DNA of 64,000 bases from NCBI RefSeq assembly GCF_004010195.1, contig NC_057749.1, positions 17,377,778-17,441,777 of the forward strand, read 5' to 3'. Each line of letters begins with the position of its first letter. The stretch's first letter is position 1. Shown here piece after piece: positions 13,087-25,700 of this stretch. This DNA comes from Chiloscyllium plagiosum. Taxonomy: Eukaryota. A program made the translations under genes and the position numbers. Under the pieces are notes generated by a model. That model made no database searches. It was not told the origin of the DNA and worked only from the letters and a program-made list of their open reading frames with translations.

Positions 13087-13586
13087 NNNNNNNNNNNNNN
13101 NNNNNNNNNNNNNNNNNNNNNNNNNNNNNNNNNNNNNNNNNNNNNNNNNNNNNNNNNNNNNNNNNNNNNNNNNNNNNNNNNNNNNNNNNNNNNNNNNNNN
13201 NNNNNNNNNNNNNNNNNNNNNNNNNNNNNNNNNNNNNNNNNNNNNNNNNNNNNNNNNNNNNNNNNNNNNNNNNNNNNNNNNNNNNNNNNNNNNNNNNNNN
13301 NNNNNNNNNNNNNNNNNNNNNNNNNNNNNNNNNNNNNNNNNNNNNNNNNNNNNNNNNNNNNNNNNNNNNNNNNNNNNNNNNNNNNNNNNNNNNNNNNNNN
13401 NNNNNNNNNNNNNNNNNNNNNNNNNNNNNNNNNNNNNNNNNNNNNNNNNNNNNNNNNNNNNNNNNNNNNNNNNNNNNNNNNNNNNNNNNNNNNNNNNNNN
13501 NNNNNNNNNNNNNNNNNNNNNNNNNNNNNNNNNNNNNNNNNNNNNNNNNNNNNNNNNNNNNNNNNNNNNNNNNNNNNNNNNNNNNN
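13087..13586. other. Assembly gap (500 N)
   Basis: Run of N. Confidence 1.
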
Positions 13587-14333
13587 TACAAATCTTCTCA
13601 CAAACATTGAAGAATTTAATTGAATTTAATTTTTGGCTGCATTGTGGGCTCTGATCAGTTCAGAGCACACTAGTTGGAAATTATAATGAACTCATTCCTG
13701 TCAGGTTAGTTCTGTGGATTAATTTTTAAGAATATATCCTAAGTTCTTCTAGTCTCTGCATTAACGTTTACTGTTTTAGTTTTATTGGTGTTGGCATTGT
13801 CCATTTCTGTTCCTCAATGATCACTGTTCACTCACAAACCCATGCACTGAGTTTCTCAGGCTGTTTGATTGTTGGTAATATCTTATCAAGGAGCCCTCAT
13901 TCAATGATTAGGTGCCTATATCGAGTAGAATTCCTGATTAGTAATCAAGAATTGAAGGCTTCACTGAATTTCCGTTCTTTCTCTCTTCCCTTGTCCTGTG
14001 GCACTAAGATCCATTGTTGTGTTCAACCGTTCCCTTTATTGAAGTTAACTGATTCGGCATAGCCCCAGGTTTCATAATTGGTCTATCTGGAGTTTATTTG
14101 TTTTGGCGTTTCATCAGATGATGTGCCTTCCCAGCATTCCATAACGAAGAACATAACTGGTTAATTTGGAATGTGATCCTTATCTGATCTCTGCTCTCAA
14201 TTGTGACTGGATAATGTCATCTTTTCTGCGGGATGTTTTATTTAAAACACATTATTGTTAAACTGATACATTTTGGTATCACAGTAAAGCTGCAGTGAAA
14301 TTAATTTTATAATTTTTCTGAATCATTTTTCAG

Positions 14334-14456
14334 GAATTTGTGGCTCATTTCCATGTACTTCTGCCACAAGGCACCATCTCTTCTCAGTGCAATATCAGGA
14401 GATTTATGAGAAATGCGAACCTCGATGTAGCCACTTATCAAGTAGGAAAAACAATG
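14334..14456 (+). CDS. MYO9A: Myosin IXa coding exon, converter (EFVAHFHVLLPQGTISSQCNIRRFMRNANLDVATYQVGKTM)
   Basis: ttcag|GAA...ATG|gtacgt, 123 nt. Carries the YQVGKT converter motif. Confidence 0.95.
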
Positions 14457-15249
14457 GTACGTTATAATTTTGTTATGCAATTGCCAGTCGATAAGCGTAT
14501 TTGAGTATGATGCACACAGATAACACAAGCTGCTTTAGAAATTCATAATTGAGAAACATAAGGTGAACATCTGTGTCCTACATTAATGGGGCTGATAGAA
14601 GGATCATATTGTTCAGATTATGAAGTCTTTTTATAATTTGTCTGTTATAATCTCTGCAGCAATGATGCAACTTTAAATTACTCATGCTGAGGACTCGAAG
14701 AATTTGTAGCCAGTCTTTTGTAACTGAGAAAAAACATAGTGTCTGCTCCTCCCGCTTGGTTTTCTGCAGGCCAGTATTCATGCTGTGCATAAATAAAACC
14801 AGCAGTTTCCTTCCACCAGTTTTCACTTTGGAGTCTTTGTTGTGGCTATAGTTAGGCGTTTGAATATTTGGGCCATTGCAATTGAACCTGATGATGTGTC
14901 CTCCTTAAATGTTGTCAGACATACGTTCTGCAGCAGGAGTCACTAGATGGTGAGCACGAACTTGGGTTGCAGTTTATTCCCCTCTTTTGAATAAAGCACT
15001 AATCTATATCTATAATTTTCTCATTGGCTCACCTCAGCCTACCTTTGCAGCCAATTCTAGCCCTAAACCCCTCCGCACTGCTGCATCTCTCCCAGCTCTA
15101 ATAGTTTTGATCTCTTAACTCCTGTCTTCTGGCATCAATTGAAAATTTTGTTTGAATGGAACCTGCAAACCACTTGTAACCTATGAAACAAAATTGAACA
15201 TGTTTTGTTACATTGAAAATTCAGTATGAAGGAATAGCTGTTGCAAGAT

Positions 15250-15620
15250 AGTATTATAGTGGTAAAGGTTGTTGGATTAACAATAAGTATGCTCAGGCTA
15301 ACACCTTGGGATCATAGGTTCAAATCTCACCACTGCAGCTAGGGGAATTTGCATTCAGTTAATAAATCTGTAATCTCAAATTGGTCTCCGTAATGAAGCA
15401 ATGACAACTATCATCAATTGTGGTAAAAACTGATCTAGTTCACCAATGATCTTTAGAAAAAGAAAACTGCCATCCTTGCCTGATCTGGCTTACAGTGTCT
15501 CCTGATCTGCTACAGTAGTTGACTTTTAACTGCCTTCTGAAATGGCCTAGCAAACAACTCAGTTCAAGGGCAGTTAGGGACAGGTAACAAACTGGTACTG
15601 CCAGCGATGTCTACATCTCA
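15250..15620 (+). mobile_element. tRNA-headed SINE sharing both its head/body and its tail with the CR1-group LINE at 41265-43255 and 46680-52905
   Basis: A-box-like TAGTGGTAA and B-box GGTTCAAATCT. Body ends GTTGAC..TTAACTGC..TCTGAAATGGCCTAGCAAAC..TCAGTT, then tail CAAGGGCAGT...GCCAGCGATG.C.ACATC. Confidence 0.7.
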
Positions 15621-15664
15621 GGAAAGATTTGTTTAAAACTTTCATTTGACCAGTATTCTTGAAT

Positions 15665-15880
15665 ATTAAAAAAAAGAACTGTGGATGCTGGAGATCAGAA
15701 GTAAAAGGCAAAATTGCTGGAGAAATTTAGAAGGCCGAGCACCATCAGTGGCGAGAAAACAGAGCTAACATTTCAAGTCCAGTGACCCTTATTCAGAACC
15801 AGTTCTGATGATATGTCACTAGACCCGAAACATTAACTCTGCTTTCTCTCCACAGATGCTGCCAGACCTGCAGAGTTTCT
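15665..15880. mobile_element. Older fold-back of PLE terminal repeats
   Basis: Imperfect inverted repeat centred at 15800, with a hammerhead motif on each strand. Confidence 0.75.
15763..15838. ncRNA. Divergent pair of decayed hammerhead motifs (minus 15763-15800, plus 15801-15838)
   Basis: Plus: aguu-CUGAUGA-uauGUC[acua]GACcc-GAAAC-AUU-aacu. Minus: gguu-CUGAAUA-aggGUC[acug]GACuu-GAAAU-GUU-agcu. Confidence 0.7.
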
Positions 15881-15961
15881 CTTTAGATATTGTACTTACT
15901 TGTCCATATTTCATCCCCTCTCTGTTGCAAATATCATTTACTTGTTGCATGGTTCCCATAG

Positions 15962-16111
15962 ATATTTATGAAAGAGGTTGAGCGTCAAAAGCTGCAGGAC
16001 ATGTTGCACAAGGAGGTCCTGAGACGAATTGTTTTGCTTCAGAGCTGGTTCCGTGCCGTCCTTGAACAGCGACAGTTTCTCGATAAGAAGCGGGCAGCAA
16101 TTAAAATACAG
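15962..16111 (+). CDS. MYO9A: Myosin IXa coding exon, end of converter and first IQ motif ([50 protein letters not shown])
   Basis: atag|ATA...CAG|gtttgt, 150 nt, inside ORF 15968..16156. LQxxxR IQ-like motif. Confidence 0.95.
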
Positions 16112-16731
16112 GTTTGTACAACAGTGGAAACTGCTGTGTTTCAACTTTGTCAGTAGATTCTCAGCAGAAATCTTAACACCAATCCCAGGAAGAAACATAT
16201 TTGAAGGTTGACAATAAGTATCCTGAACTGTATAATTTTAATGTATCCAAGTGATTGCCTGTGTACTATATGCTGCCCAGACCTCAGTTTGTGCAGTTCT
16301 GACCTGTTTGTACGATTATTTCTTTTTCACTGGTTTGGGCAATGTACATCTGGAGGTTTGAAAGAGCTTTTCTTAGGGTGACCTCATTAGTTGAATTGCT
16401 AGTTCACTGTAGGTTTACTGTGGGCTTCCACTATCTGGAACTGAAAGGAGAACGGTCAAAACAGATTTTACCGTAAGCCTGTCCACAGACTTGGCTTGAA
16501 CCAGAGTGCCAGAGGTTAGTCCAGTCATAAATTACTGTGGCCACATATTTCCAGTGAATGGTTATTTCATGGATCTTGTATTTTAAAAATTACCTTATAT
16601 GTTCTATCACTTAGCTTAAGAGGTTAATTTGGGTGCCCTGGTATAAGAAGCAGTTTGTTTTATTCATTTTCATGGGAGTAGTTCATATATATTTCAAATA
16701 TAATCTTTTTCTCTTCCACTCTTCTCTGCAG

Positions 16732-17036
16732 AACTGTTGGCGACACTACAAAATGAAAGAGCATCTAATTTGCACAGACCTCAGTGTTTTAAATGCAGCA
16801 GCGACCAGTATTCAGGCTGTGTGGAAAGGTTACCAACAGAGAAAAATGCTCTTGCAAATGCATGATGCAGCAATTGTCATCCAGAGGTGGTGGCGTGATT
16901 ACCACAGATATAGACTGGCAGCACTGTGCATTCAGAAACACTGGCGACGATACAAGGAGATGCAAGCATACAGAGCATTCAGGGACAGTATAATAAAGAT
17001 TCAAGCTGCAAACAGAGGTTTTGTAGTACGACGCAG
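16732..17036 (+). CDS. MYO9A: Myosin IXa coding exon, IQ calmodulin-binding repeats
   Basis: ctgcag|AAC...AG|gtaacc, 305 nt, phase 0 to 2. Motifs IQAVWKGY, IQRWWRDY, IQKHWRRY and IQAANRGF. Confidence 0.95.
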
Positions 17037-17434
17037 GTAACCGTTAAACAGAGCAAGTTTTGTCTCCTTGTTTGTGTACTCCAGATTTGGATTAGATGTA
17101 TGACCAGCCACCGGTACAGCCTTCAGTTATCTTGTATTTAACATTAAAGGGTTTCTGTTTTGGTTAAAGTGACTGGATAGTTATCATGCCTTACAAAACT
17201 TTATCCCTAACCCCAGTCTGAGGTTAGTTATGACATCTTTGCAAGCTCAGCTGTGGCAGCGTATTCAAAACACATTCCAGAGTTGAATTTGGAATATTCT
17301 AATCTGAATGGGCAATACATTGATCTACTGGGGAGCTTCATTGATTTTAAATTGAATCAGAGCAACTCACATAGATGACTTCTAGAATGTCAAATGCTCA
17401 GAATTTAATTCCCATCTTTCTTTTTTTATTTCAG

Positions 17435-19138
17435 GTTTCAGGCATTGAAAAGGCAGAAACTCAAAGAAGAGAAGAAACAACTGGATAGTGAAAAGATAGA
17501 GACCTTGAACAAACACATCCCAGATGAAAACCTTCCTGAAATCAATAAGCCTTTGCTGAGCAAGTTAGGAGATAAACTAGTTGAGACTTGCACTTCAAAA
17601 GAAAATGACAGTCAGCAAATCCATTCTGAATGTAGTAATAATTCAGTAGATTTGCAGGTTGGAACTTCTAACTTTTCTAATATTGCCAATGTGCCACAGG
17701 GTGTGATTGTCAGGGAGAGACCAAAGTCCTTTTCTGGAGATCCAGACAAGCAGAAAGTGGTGCGTGCCAAAAGACATAGTCGGAGAATGCGAGAGTTGGA
17801 ACAAGCCAAGTTTAGCCTTGAATTGCTGAAGGTGCGATCAGGCGGTGTGTCTCCCTCAGAGGAGGGACGCTGGTCCACTGAACTGGTATCTGATGGTGTG
17901 AATTCCCTATCTCCTCAGGGAACACCGGACAGCGAGAGCTCAAGAGGTAGTTTTGAAGTACCTAGCTGTGAAGATGAACTGAAGGGAAAACAGTCTTTAA
18001 CTGTTTCTGATGAGCCATTCTCTGATTCCAGCCTGCATACTACTCAGGATTATCTGTCAACAAGTCCCAAATCAAATAATCACAGTCTGTCCACTAATCC
18101 AACACTTCATGGAACAAATCTGCTTTCCAGTCTTTACACGAACACTAATTATTCTAGTCTTGACTCCAAAATTCCAGAAACAGACAATAAAGAGTTCCAT
18201 CTTCAAAGATCAAATTCTGAAGATCGATCTCCTAGTCCTAAATCAAGTGACAGTCAGTTTTCAAGTTCTAAATTGGACTGTCGTCCATCTACTCAATTAC
18301 AAAATCATGATAATATATCCAGTAGCTCGAAGCCAAATGAGACTATCTTTGCACATTCTGACCACTTTACGATTGAAGGCACTATTGCTGTACCCAAAAC
18401 AGATGAAGAAGGTGATCAGTCACTTGATGGTGAATTTTCAAAAGATGAACAGCCTTGTTTAGCAGACAATACAGGCATTAACCCCTTTCCTCAAATTGCA
18501 ATTCTTGAAAGACTTGAGCGATTAAATGTACAGCAGGCAGAGAGACAAAAGCAGAAACGGCAGCAGAATGAGAAGGAAATGATGGAACAGATAAGGCAGC
18601 AAACAGAAATCCTGGAGAAGCAACGCAAAGTTTTTGAAAAACAAGAGAAGGACATGTTTGAGAGGCAGCGAGGGGAAGCGCTGCAGAAAATAGAACAGTG
18701 CAGACAGAATGATATTGCTCCCATTCCTTTCAGACCTCCAAGTGAACAAACGGGTAGACCTCAGACCTGTCTTGCTTTGCGCTCAGACAAAAAATGGGAT
18801 TCAAATATCAATTCAGATTCTCAATCAATATCATCCAATGAGTCTAAAATGTTAAACACTGCAGAAGTTTTTGATAATTACAATACCACAAGCTGCCCTG
18901 GAATAAAAGATCGACCTATCAGTATGTTTTTTGATAAGAAGGATCTGCAACCAAGTGGCCTACAGGAAATCGATAAGCTAGATGGGTGGACACCAAAACT
19001 CAGTTTGGAGTCCCGTGAATCTGGTACAGAGCAACCCCGACCACCCAAACAGACAGGACCAGGGGCTGCAAACACAGGGGAAGATGACAGGACCAATGTC
19101 TTGTTTTTTATGCCCAAAGACAAGAACACACTAAGCAA
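17435..19138 (+). CDS. MYO9A: Myosin IXa long tail exon (1704 nt; coiled-coil and Ser-rich segments)
   Basis: ttcag|G TTT...AA|gtaggt, phase 2 to 2, inside ORF 17445..19142. Contains MYO9A-type blocks RRMRELEQAKFSLELLKVRS and QQNEKEMMEQIRQQTEILEK. Confidence 0.94.
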
Positions 19139-22100
19139 GTAGGTTATTTTCCTTGAAATTTTTTTTTCAGGTGTCCACTTTAACAGCTGTGTAAACTTAT
19201 TGGTGATTTAGTACACATTCAATGGAATGATAGGGTACTAGTTTTGTCACTATTGTTAGTTTGACTGTGGGGCAAAGCTATCCAAGAGGGTCATGAAAAA
19301 ACTTGCAAATGTTAATGAACAGGCCATCTATGCTTCTGTTGATCAAAAGCTGGTGTACAGAATGAAGTGAACACAGGTGTAACAAAATTCATTTACAAAC
19401 TAGTCAAGACAGTGTAGTGTACAAAGTAGAGATGTTCTTTAAAGGTAATGGCTCTCTAATGATCTGTTAAGACTATAACAACTTTACCTTTTCATTAATT
19501 GGCAGTCTGATATTCAAGTTGCTTTGTTCTCTTTTTAACAATATTGAAAAATGTACATGAAATGCCTAGCTAGATTCATAATGGAGGACAAAACCAAGGT
19601 TGTGTAAAGATTTTGATAACTTTCCTTTTTGAATGTGTCTTTATATTTTATTAGAAGGTGAAATATTTGTGAAAGGAAAAGTGTGAAAAAGGCCACCAGG
19701 CTCTTACTATCCAGTTGACTGTGCAGTCCTGTACACTGGTCCTTCTAGGGGAAGTAAATAACTTATTATAAATATAACTTGATGTAGATCAAGCAATTAA
19801 ATCTGTTAACTATCAACTTTAATTGAAATCAGTGTCTTGGAGACTCTTAGATGTGAGCCCACAAAATTGTTTCTAATCTTAATTAATTTTCAGTTTCACC
19901 TAGGAATGAGAATATTCAGGAAACAACGAGTACAGGTTATTGTCTCAGGGTGAAGCTTTGTGACATTGTTGAAAAGAGTTTTGTATTTGTTTATATTACA
20001 CCAGATCTGAGTGAGTTTAATGTAATGGAAACTTTTAAGTTTATCCGCTGTCTTCCGACGTTCTAGTTGCTTATACATTTTCTTTCCTTTTAGTGCCATG
20101 GTCTTCGAAACTGTATATGACCTCCATGAGCCTTAATTCATTCTCGATCTGATCTATCATTGATTTGGGAGTGTATATATATCAGTAGAAACAGTTTTAT
20201 TTGGTCGTGTATCTGAAGTGGAAACCGTCACCACTCTCTGCGACTTGTACAAAGTATTCCTCTAATAGGACAACTAAGAAAAAAAGATTAAATGAGAAAT
20301 ATAAAATTGGGCCGTAAAAGCTTCTATAGGTATGTAAAAAGAAAAGACTAGCAAAAACTAATCTGGATCCGTTCCAAGAAGAGAATATATAATAGAGAAT
20401 AAAGAAATGACAGAGAAACCAAATAAATAGTGTCTGTCTTCATGGAGGAAAATACGAAAACCTTTCAGAAATAGAACATAGAACAGTACAGCACAGTACA
20501 GGACTTACCCCTTCAATGTTGTGCCGACTTTTTATCCTACTCTAAGATCAGACTAACTTATCTACCATGTGCCTGTCCAAGAGTCGCTTAAATGTCCCTA
20601 ATGTATCTGCTGGCAGTGCATTCCACACACACACCGCTCTCTGTGTAAAGAACCTACCTCTGACATCTCCCCTAAATCTTCCTCCAATCACCTTAAAACC
20701 ACAGTGATAGACATTTCCACCCTCGAAAAAAAGTCTTTGGCTATCCACTCTATCTATGCCTCTCATCATCCTGTACAACTCTATCAAGTCATCTCTCATC
20801 CTCCTTTGCTCGAATGAGAAAAGCCCTAGCTCCCTCAAGCTTTCTTCATAAGACATGCCCTCCAGTCCAGGCAGCATCCTGGTAAATCTCCCCTGCACCC
20901 TCTCTAAAGCTTCTCTATTCTTCCTAATAATGAGGTGACCAGAACACAATATTCCAAGTGTGGTCTAACCAGGGCTCCATGGAGCTGCAGCCTAACCTTG
21001 CTATTTTTAAACTCAATCCCCCTGCTAATGAAAGCCAACACAACATGTGCTTTCTTAACAACCCTAACAATCTGGGTAGCAACATTGAGAGATCTATGGA
21101 CATGGACCCCAGGATCCCTCTGTTCCTCCACACTGCCAAGACTCTTTAACTCTGTATTCTGCATTCAAATTCAACCTTCCAAAGTTGCACTTTTCCAGGT
21201 TGAACTCCATTTGCCACTTATCAGTCCAATTCTGCAATCTGCCGATGTATTGTTGCAACCTACAACAGTCCTCCACGCTATCTACCACTCCACTGACCTT
21301 TGTGTCATCAGCAAACTTACTAACCCACCCATCCACTTCCTTATCCAAATCATTTATAAAAATCTCAGAGCAGAGGTGCCAGAACTGATCCCTGTGCAAC
21401 ACCACTGGTCACCAAGCTGAAGGCTGAATACTTTTCATCCACTACCGCCATCTCTGTTCTCTGGGCCAGCCAATTCTGTAGCCAGGCAGCCTCACTTTCT
21501 GTATGAGCCTACCATGGGGAACCTTATTAAATGCCTTGCTAAAATCCATGTACACCACATCCACTTCTCTACATTCAAAGTTTGTGAGAAGATTTGTAGC
21601 TCGGGTGCTCGTTGCTGTGGTTCTGTTCGCCGAGCTGGAAGTTTTTGTTGGAATATCCGTTTTTTGCTAAGGTACACTAAGGTACACAGGAAAGCCACAC
21701 ACACAGACCAAGTCCTGAACTATGAAAGCAACCACCCCAATACACACAAACGAAGTTGCATCAAGACACTGTTCAAAAGGGCCACAACACACTGCAGCAC
21801 ACCAGAAGTGCAAAAAGAGGAAGAGGAACACCTATACAAGGTATTCGCAAAAAACGGATATCCTCGCAATTTCATCAACAGATGCCTAAGGGAAAGACAA
21901 CAGAACGAGGACATGCCGCAACCCAAAGGACTAGCCACACTACCACACATCAAGAACATCTCTGAAATGACAACCAGACTACTGCGACCACTAGGACTCA
22001 TAACAGCACACAAACCAACAGCCACTCTCAGACAACAACTCACCAAAACGAAGGACCCGATACCCAGCATGAGCAAAACTAAGGTAGTGTACAAAATCCC

Positions 22101-22169
22101 ATGCAAGGACTGCACAAAACACTATATAGGACAAACAGGAACACAGCTAACGATCTGCATCCATGAACA

Positions 22170-22469
22170 NNNNNNNNNNNNNNNNNNNNNNNNNNNNNNN
22201 NNNNNNNNNNNNNNNNNNNNNNNNNNNNNNNNNNNNNNNNNNNNNNNNNNNNNNNNNNNNNNNNNNNNNNNNNNNNNNNNNNNNNNNNNNNNNNNNNNNN
22301 NNNNNNNNNNNNNNNNNNNNNNNNNNNNNNNNNNNNNNNNNNNNNNNNNNNNNNNNNNNNNNNNNNNNNNNNNNNNNNNNNNNNNNNNNNNNNNNNNNNN
22401 NNNNNNNNNNNNNNNNNNNNNNNNNNNNNNNNNNNNNNNNNNNNNNNNNNNNNNNNNNNNNNNNNNNNN
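22170..22469. other. Assembly gap (300 N) inside the Penelope element
   Basis: Run of N. Confidence 1.
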
Positions 22470-22691
22470 GGGACAACGCTACCATTATAGGGCAAGCGAA
22501 ACAAAGAACAGCCAGGGAATTCCTAGAAGCTTGGCACTCATCCACAAACTCCATCAACAAACACGTAGACCTGGACCCAATATACCGACCACTACAGCGG
22601 ACAGCTGAAACTGACACCCGGAAGCGGCAGGGACAGGCCACTATAAATGCCGGAGGAAACACCACAGGAGCGCTTCACAGGAGGCTCCCAA

Positions 22692-22731
22692 GCACTGAGG
22701 ATGTCACCTAGACAGGGGACGAAACGTTTGC
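22692..22731 (+). ncRNA. Minimal type-I hammerhead ribozyme motif (intact core) in a Penelope terminal repeat
   Basis: gca-CUGAGGA-U-GUCACCU[agac]AGGGGAC-GAAAC-GUU-ugc. Stem I gca/ugc, stem II 6 of 7 bp, palindromic AAACGUUU stem III, predicted cut after 22728. Confidence 0.85.
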
Positions 22732-25700
22732 AACAAAAACTTCCAGCTCGGCGAACAGAACCACAGCAACTTCTCTACATGTTTCGTTACATTCTCAAAG
22801 AATTCAATAAAGTTTGGGAGGCATGACCTGCCCCTCACAAAGCCATGATGGCCATCTCTAATCAAGCTATGGTTTTCCAAGTAATCATAAATCCTGTCTC
22901 TCAGAAACCTCTCCAATACTTCACCCACCACAGACGTGAGATTGACTGGTCTATAATTCCCAGGATTATCCCTACTCCCTTTCTTGAACAAGGGAATAAT
23001 GTTTGCCACCCTCCAATCATCTGGCACTACTCCAGTGGACAGTGAGGATGCAAAGATCATCTCCAAAGGTGCAGCAATCTCTTCCCTTGCTTCCTGTAGT
23101 AATCTATATCCTGTCTGGCCCAGGGGTTTTATCTATCCTCATGAATTTCAAAATTTTCAGCACAATTTCCTCCTCAACATCAAACTTATTCGAGCATATC
23201 AGTCTGTTTCACACTGTCCTCAGAAATGTCAAGGTCCCTCTCAGTAGTGCATACTGAAGCAAAGTATTCATTAAGGACCTCCCCTACACACACTGACTTC
23301 AGGCGCAAGTTCCCTCCACTATTCCTGATCAGTTCTACTCTCACTCTGGCCATCCTCTTGTTCCTCACCGAAGTGTAGAACGCCTTAGGGCTATAGTCAT
23401 AGAGATGTACAGCATGGAAACAGACCCTTCGGTCCAACCTGTCCATGTCGACTAGATATCACAACCCAATCTAGCCCCACCTGCCAGCACCCGGCCCATA
23501 TGCCTCCAAAACCTTCCTATTCATATACCCATCCAGGTGCCTTTTAAATGTTGCAGTTATACCAGCCGCCAACACTTCCTCTGGCAGTTCGTTCCATACA
23601 CATACCACCCTCTGTATGAAAAAGTTATCCCTCAGGTCTTTTTTACATCCTTCCCCTCTCACCCTAAACCTGTGCCCTCTAGTTCTGGACTCCCCCACCC
23701 CAGGCAAAAGACTTTGTCTATTTATCCTATTTATGCCCCTCATGATTTTATAAACAGCTATAAAGTCACCCCTCAGCCTCGGACATTCCAGGGAAAACAG
23801 TCCCAGCCTGTTCAGCCTCTCCCTATACCTCAAATCCTCCAACCCTGGCAACATCCTTGTAAATCTCTTCTAAATCCTTTCAAGTTTCATAACATCTTTC
23901 CGATAAGAAGGAGACCAGAATTGCATGCAATATTCCAACAGTGGCCTAACCAATGACCTGTACACTTGCAACATGACCTCTCAACTCCTGTACTCAGTAC
24001 TCTGACCAGTAAAGGAAAGCATACCAAACGCCGCCTTCACTATCCTATCTACCTGTGACACCACTTTCAAGAAGCTATGAACCTACACTCCAAGGTCTCT
24101 TTGTTCAGCAACACTCCCTAGGACCATGCCCCCTTCTAGCTCTCCTAAGTTCATTCTTCATTTCCTTCCTGGCTACCCTGTAACCCTCTAGACCCCTATC
24201 TGATCCTTGCCTCCTCAACCTTGAGTAAGCTTCCTCGTTCTTCTTGACTAGATGTTCCATATCCCTGGTCACTCAAGGCTCTTTCACCCTACCATCCCTT
24301 ATGTTTCCTTCCCTCAGTAGGACAAATCTGTCCAACACTATCAGCAATTGCTCCCTTAAAAAACCTCTACATTTCTGCCGTGCTTTCCCTGAGAACATCT
24401 GTTCTCAATTTAGGTGCCCCAATTCCTGCCTAATAGTATCATAATTCCTCCTTGCCCAATTAAATCTATAACAGGGTATTTGGAAAAATAATAGTAAGAT
24501 TAGGTAGCATTAGCTTGCATTTATGAAAGAGAAATCATGTTTGACCAACCTATTGGAGTCTTTTGAGACTATAACTATCAGAATAGATGACGGGGAACAG
24601 GTGGATGTGATATCATTACATTTTCAGAAAACTTCTGGTAAAGGTCTACGTAAGAGGTTAGTAAACAAAATTAGAGCATATGACTTAAGGGGAATTTATC
24701 GGCATAAATTGAGAACTGGTTAATGAACAGAAAACTGAGAAGGAATAAATGGGTCACGTTCAGATACTAGGATTGTATAGTACCGAAAGAATTAGTGCTT
24801 GGGCCCCAGCTATTCGCAATCGATAACAGTGATTTATTTGTGTGTAGGGACTAAATGTAATATTTTCAAGTTTGCAGTTAGCGAAAAATAACTGGGTGGA
24901 AGTAACTATTATTGATAATTGACAGATTTAATTCTTGATCCACATCAAGTAAAAATTATAGTAAATTACTTACTTGCCTTAGAAAGACTGGTGCACAGGA
25001 CTGCACAGTCAAATGGTTAGGAGTTATGAAGATGATACAAAAATGCTTCCAGGGAATTTGGAGAGGTTAAGTGTGTGAGCAAAAAATTGTCCATTCCAAA
25101 ATTTGAATTACAACATGCAAATGTTTGAGGTTATCCACGTTGGTAGAAAAATGGAAGTACTGAATATTTCTAAAATGGTAAGACCATAAGAAATAAGAAC
25201 AGCGGGGATGGGAATTGTTGAACTTCACAGGGATTTGGGTATCCTTGTTCTTGAATCATTGAAAGTTAGCAGTTAGGTATTAAGGCAAGAAGTATTTTGG
25301 CCTTTAGTTCAGATGGATTTGAGTATAGGAATAAAGATGACTTATAGAGGGCCTTGGTGAGACTGAATTTGGACTATTGTTTGCAGTTTTGCTCTCCTTA
25401 TGAATAAGTATACTTGCCATAGAGGCAATGCAATAAACTCCTGTCAATCTAATTCCTGGGGTGAGGGGATGTCCTTCAAGGAAATGTGAAATAGACTTAC
25501 ACCTATATTCTCTGGAGGTTAAAAGAATGAGGGCTGCTCTTATACAAACAAGATTCTTATGCAATTGATAGGATTGATACAAGGTTGATGGGGAATCTAA
25601 GACCAGAGGGCTCAGTCTCAAAATCAGGGTGCAATGAGGAAGAAGTTCTTCACTTAAGTAATAAATTGTTAGGGTTATGTACCTCAGATCGCCTTGGAAG

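Larger units (their letters stand above)
21575..22770 (+). mobile_element. Penelope-like element (RT thumb plus GIY-YIG) with inverted partial terminal repeat at its 5' side
   Basis: ORF 21514..22608: VHRKATHTDQVLNYESNHP...NGYP...VVYKIPCKDCTKHYIGQTG. 21611-21650 is the reverse complement of 22731-22770. 12-bp direct repeat ACTTCTCTACAT at 21563-21574 and 22769-22780. Confidence 0.93.

Noticed and set aside
12948..13623. ORFs of 170-220 aa spanning the first gap (and similar ORFs over 22079-22711)
   Set aside because: Artefacts of translating N runs.
17445..19142. 565-aa ORF as a stand-alone gene
   Set aside because: It starts at TTG just inside a splice acceptor and ends at a donor; it is the long MYO9A tail exon.
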